A DNA stretch of 64,000 nt, taken from positions 30,628,001 to 30,692,000 of the forward strand of contig OZ365115.1 of assembly GCA_977030845.1 (NCBI GenBank), written 5' to 3'. Below, in pieces: positions 60,738-64,000 of the stretch. The stretch comes from Fimbriosthenelais zetlandica (Eukaryota). The notes below the pieces were generated by a model. That model worked only from the letters and a program-made list of their open reading frames with translations, did not search any database and was not told the origin of the DNA. A program made the translations under genes and the position numbers. Numbering within the stretch: position 1 is the first letter of the stretch; every line of letters starts with the position of its first letter.

Positions 60738-63525
60738 TCAATCCCTCCATCTTCCTTTGTTCCCCTCATTGTCTGGGGTCTAGGTCCAGTAACAACAGCC
60801 ACCCAACGGCAGCGTGTCCGGAAATGTCACATTAAATCAATTTTGCCCACACTAATGCACCATTATGCAAATGTGACCGTCCAATTTGTCAGGTGACTGT
60901 CTCTAGGGGAAGGGGCTGATTCAATCTTTGACACTTTTCAAAGGTCATTAATTTGTATTAGCATTCATAAATTTCGAGGAAAACCTGGGTGAAATCAGGG
61001 GAAAGTTTCATTAAAAGAAATCCAATCTACAGTAAGGTTCTGTGAGCATTAAAGCTCTAAAGTTTCTAAAGTAATCTGCTCTTGTATCAGTACATAGAAT
61101 AAAAGAACAATATTTTACTTTGCTCTGGAATTCTTTTTATACATGTGAGGCATCATGAGGCATTGCTCATACGATAGTAAGGGACATTTATGAGCGGCAG
61201 TATGGCGTGTTTCGCTGTGTGGGCGGCTTTCGTGAGCTGTAGTAATGAATATATATTATTGTAGTGAATCTTTTTTTCTCAAAGCATGATCATGGAGATG
61301 AGAGTTTTTGTTCCACGAGCTATCATTCCACTACTGTGTGGTGCATGTACTGCCTAACGAGTCACGATTTACACCCCTGGTGGAGTGAAGGGCGGAGGAA
61401 GTGTTTTTTCTTTTTCTGTCTTTTTTCGTTTACAATTTCTTTGGTGAATGGAGGAAATGGTATAAGGTCATTTCAAAGAGCAAATTTGAAGTACACTAAA
61501 CTGAGCGAAACAAATTGAGAATTTGGATGCTATTTGTACAGCATTTTCAGTATAATTCTTTACATATTGCCTATTTTAAATATTTATCGTTTTAAGAAGA
61601 TTATACGGGAAAAGTTAGCCTCTAAGCACCAACAGCCGCATGTAGATATGTTTACTCTGACGTCATGCTCTATGCCTGAGACGACATGCTAAAATACAAA
61701 ATGCCCACACAGTGTGATCTCTTCCGGAAGGGAAGAGTGAGCAGGCCGTAGACAGACAACCAGTTAGGCTCTTCCCCCAGGCAAGTACCCGCCCCCTGCC
61801 ACATTTAGGGTACCCAAAGTAAAGACTAATAGATTAGGGTGAAGAAGGTAAAGAGTGATTGACCTTCACGAGGGGTGCAGTCAATAAAAATAATAGCTTA
61901 TGCTGGGACTGAAGAGACCTCTTATTTGTCCTGCCTTGTCTGGGTAAATAGTTTTTCGTGCACTATGGATTAATACAAACCCATTTCTACCGCTTTAGGG
62001 TAGTAGTCATATTGCCTGGAGGTAATATCAAGATTCTCCATTGTCATATAACCCCTCACCCAAACAGTCAATTAGCATTATAAAGGACAATGCACTGGCT
62101 TTAAACATTGGCATTATTAAACACTTTTTATGGAAATTATCACAGTCGGCGAAGTGAGGTGATAGAGAGATCGATATGCATGTGTAATAGTCGTATTTTG
62201 CTGAGTCATTGTTTAGAGCCGCCATTTTTAATGATACTTCGGCATATCACGTGTAATCTCGTGTTGGGATAAGGTTACCTTTGATAATTAGAAAACGAGA
62301 GTGGATATTCAATACTCGTATACAACTGATAAACCACTATATCATTGTCATATAATGTCTTTAAAGTTATATATTCTTATATAATAAAGTTCATTGTGAT
62401 GTTTTATAAAATGATGAGATAACTTTGAGGTTGAGGGAATGGGCCATTGAAGCCACCCATCTGGAATAAACATTGTTCCATTGTAAGAACAACTCCTTTT
62501 CATCCCTATAGTAACTAATTCCTGGAGACCTCTCAACTCTCCCCCATATTAAACAGAAAAACAATGTGTATTTTCCACCTCCTTGCATCCAGATGCCCTG
62601 ACCCGTTTCATTGTGCATGGAAAGCTACCCCCTCTGTAGATCCCACTGTTTACTATCCCAGCATTTAAAATAGATGTTTATTTTAGTCTGCTCAACTTTT
62701 TATTTCAGGCATTTCCCAGCTCGAAATTGTACAATAAAATCTCTTCTATTATGAAGCAGTTCTTATTTTTTTTAAATGATGAGGCATGAGTGGCAAAATG
62801 AAAGAATAGATCTATCTATTATCATAATACTTCTTAGTTTCATCAGACATTCAGATCTGGTATTATGCTAATTTTAAAATTAAATACATTTAATTTCTTC
62901 ATTTAAACATTATACAAACTCCTAAGTGTAAGATTTTACACAAAGACTATATCTAAAGTTAATCAGGACACTAAAATCACTCAAGAACAACTAAAATAAA
63001 TCAGTAAGGTCTAAAAGTTGATATAATTCTGCTTAACTCAGATGCACGACTCTCAATACTCGGTAGGTGCAGATATATCAAATAAAATAATGAAAGTAAC
63101 TATTACGCAGTATTAGGGACAAAACTTACCGAGCATAAATAGTCCTAAATCGTCTCTTTGGATAGGTCATTATGAAGTCAAATGGGAGATAATAATGAAA
63201 ATCCAAGGAAACTGGGGGTTACTGGAGGCATAGGGTAAAATCCGTCCAGAGAATGTATGGCGAGGAACCACCAGTTGAAGAAGATCATGTACATGGAGTG
63301 GTATCTATGTGGAGGTGGTATACACCTGGGGGGTACAGTGGTAGAAAGCTGCTGCTGACTTCCCTACACATTCCAGGCTTTGGAAAAGCAAATCTTGGCA
63401 GGGTCGACAACAGGCATACACATTGCTAGAGTAGTCCAAGCTTCCACTTGTACATCATAGAAGTCTGTCGTCACTGGTACAGAGAAGATGTGCAAAAAGT
63501 GTCCAGTTTCCAGTTGCTTTGTGAA

Positions 63526-63590
63526 GAGAGATAGCTATAGTGGTTAGAGATCTAACTTCCCAACTCAAGGGTACCAGATTTAAAACTGGA
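63526..63590 (+). mobile_element. Degenerate tRNA-derived SINE head
   Basis: TAGCTATAGTGGTTAGAG resembles a tRNA A-box/D-arm, followed about 30 nt later by a decayed B-box (cagatttaaaactgg) and a CT-rich tract. It cannot fold into a full cloverleaf, so it is not a tRNA gene. Confidence 0.33.
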
Positions 63591-64000
63591 TCCTTTCATT
63601 GGACAGCTCATTTCTTCCTATCTTAGCTCTTCATTGCCTTTCTGTCTCCTCTCTTTGTCCTTCCACTTTATTTACTTTTTATATGCTTTCTATATTCATC
63701 ACGAGCCCATTATAGTCCGCCAATGCCAATGTCATTCAAGAGTACTCCCTCCCATATACTTTTCACCACCCTATTAGTTTCTTATGTCGACAGTCCCTTC
63801 TCACCTGCCGCGTCTTTTTTGCATTGTTAAGTTTCTCCTATATGCCTCAATTGCTCCCTATAAGATCACATTTTTTTTATTTCAGCCCATCCTATACGTG
63901 AATTCCATGGTAGAGTTCACTTGTAAAAGCAAGAATAAAAGCAACTCTCGTCACATAAAAGCCATTTTGTTATTTAACAAAACATACCAGGACAGCTCAT

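Noticed and set aside
63120-63135. Isolated GTAAGT donors (also near 24160, 53695, 60475)
   Set aside because: The hexamer is expected many times per strand, and none has a paired acceptor or compatible ORF.
1-64000. tRNA, rRNA, CRISPR or prokaryote-type systems
   Set aside because: No cloverleaf with intact A/B boxes, no rRNA-like block and no repeat-spacer array. The sequence is spliced eukaryotic DNA.

Overview
AT-rich eukaryotic (most likely invertebrate animal) genomic DNA. It is dominated by one multi-exon gene on the minus strand, a Rap1 GTPase-activating protein (RAP1GAP family). I can chain 14 GT-AG exons in a single open frame from 28497 down to 206 (2019 nt, 672 complete codons). 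The gene runs off the left edge of the window, and its 5' end is not fixed: candidate upstream exons and promoters lie at about 33.1, 40.7, 43.5 and 59.8 kb. Four coding exons (4689-4766, 13248-13331, 617-702, 206-319) are not annotated by the ORF track. The rest of the window is long intronic or upstream sequence with decayed repeat fragments, microsatellites and regulatory motifs. I found no second protein-coding gene, tRNA, rRNA or CRISPR array. Most notable: (1) two GoLoco (G-alpha-i/o binding) motifs that are exact 84-nt phase-0 counterparts, the second ending in a pyrimidine-rich CAG that looks like an in-frame alternative acceptor, so splicing could give isoforms with 0, 1 or 2 GoLocos; (2) a strong AG|GT recursive-splice-type site with a 36-nt frame-preserving exon at 43513-43548; (3) four near-perfect RFX X-boxes, three about 1 kb upstream of candidate first exons. 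All isoform and regulatory claims are inferences that need RNA-seq or comparative data.
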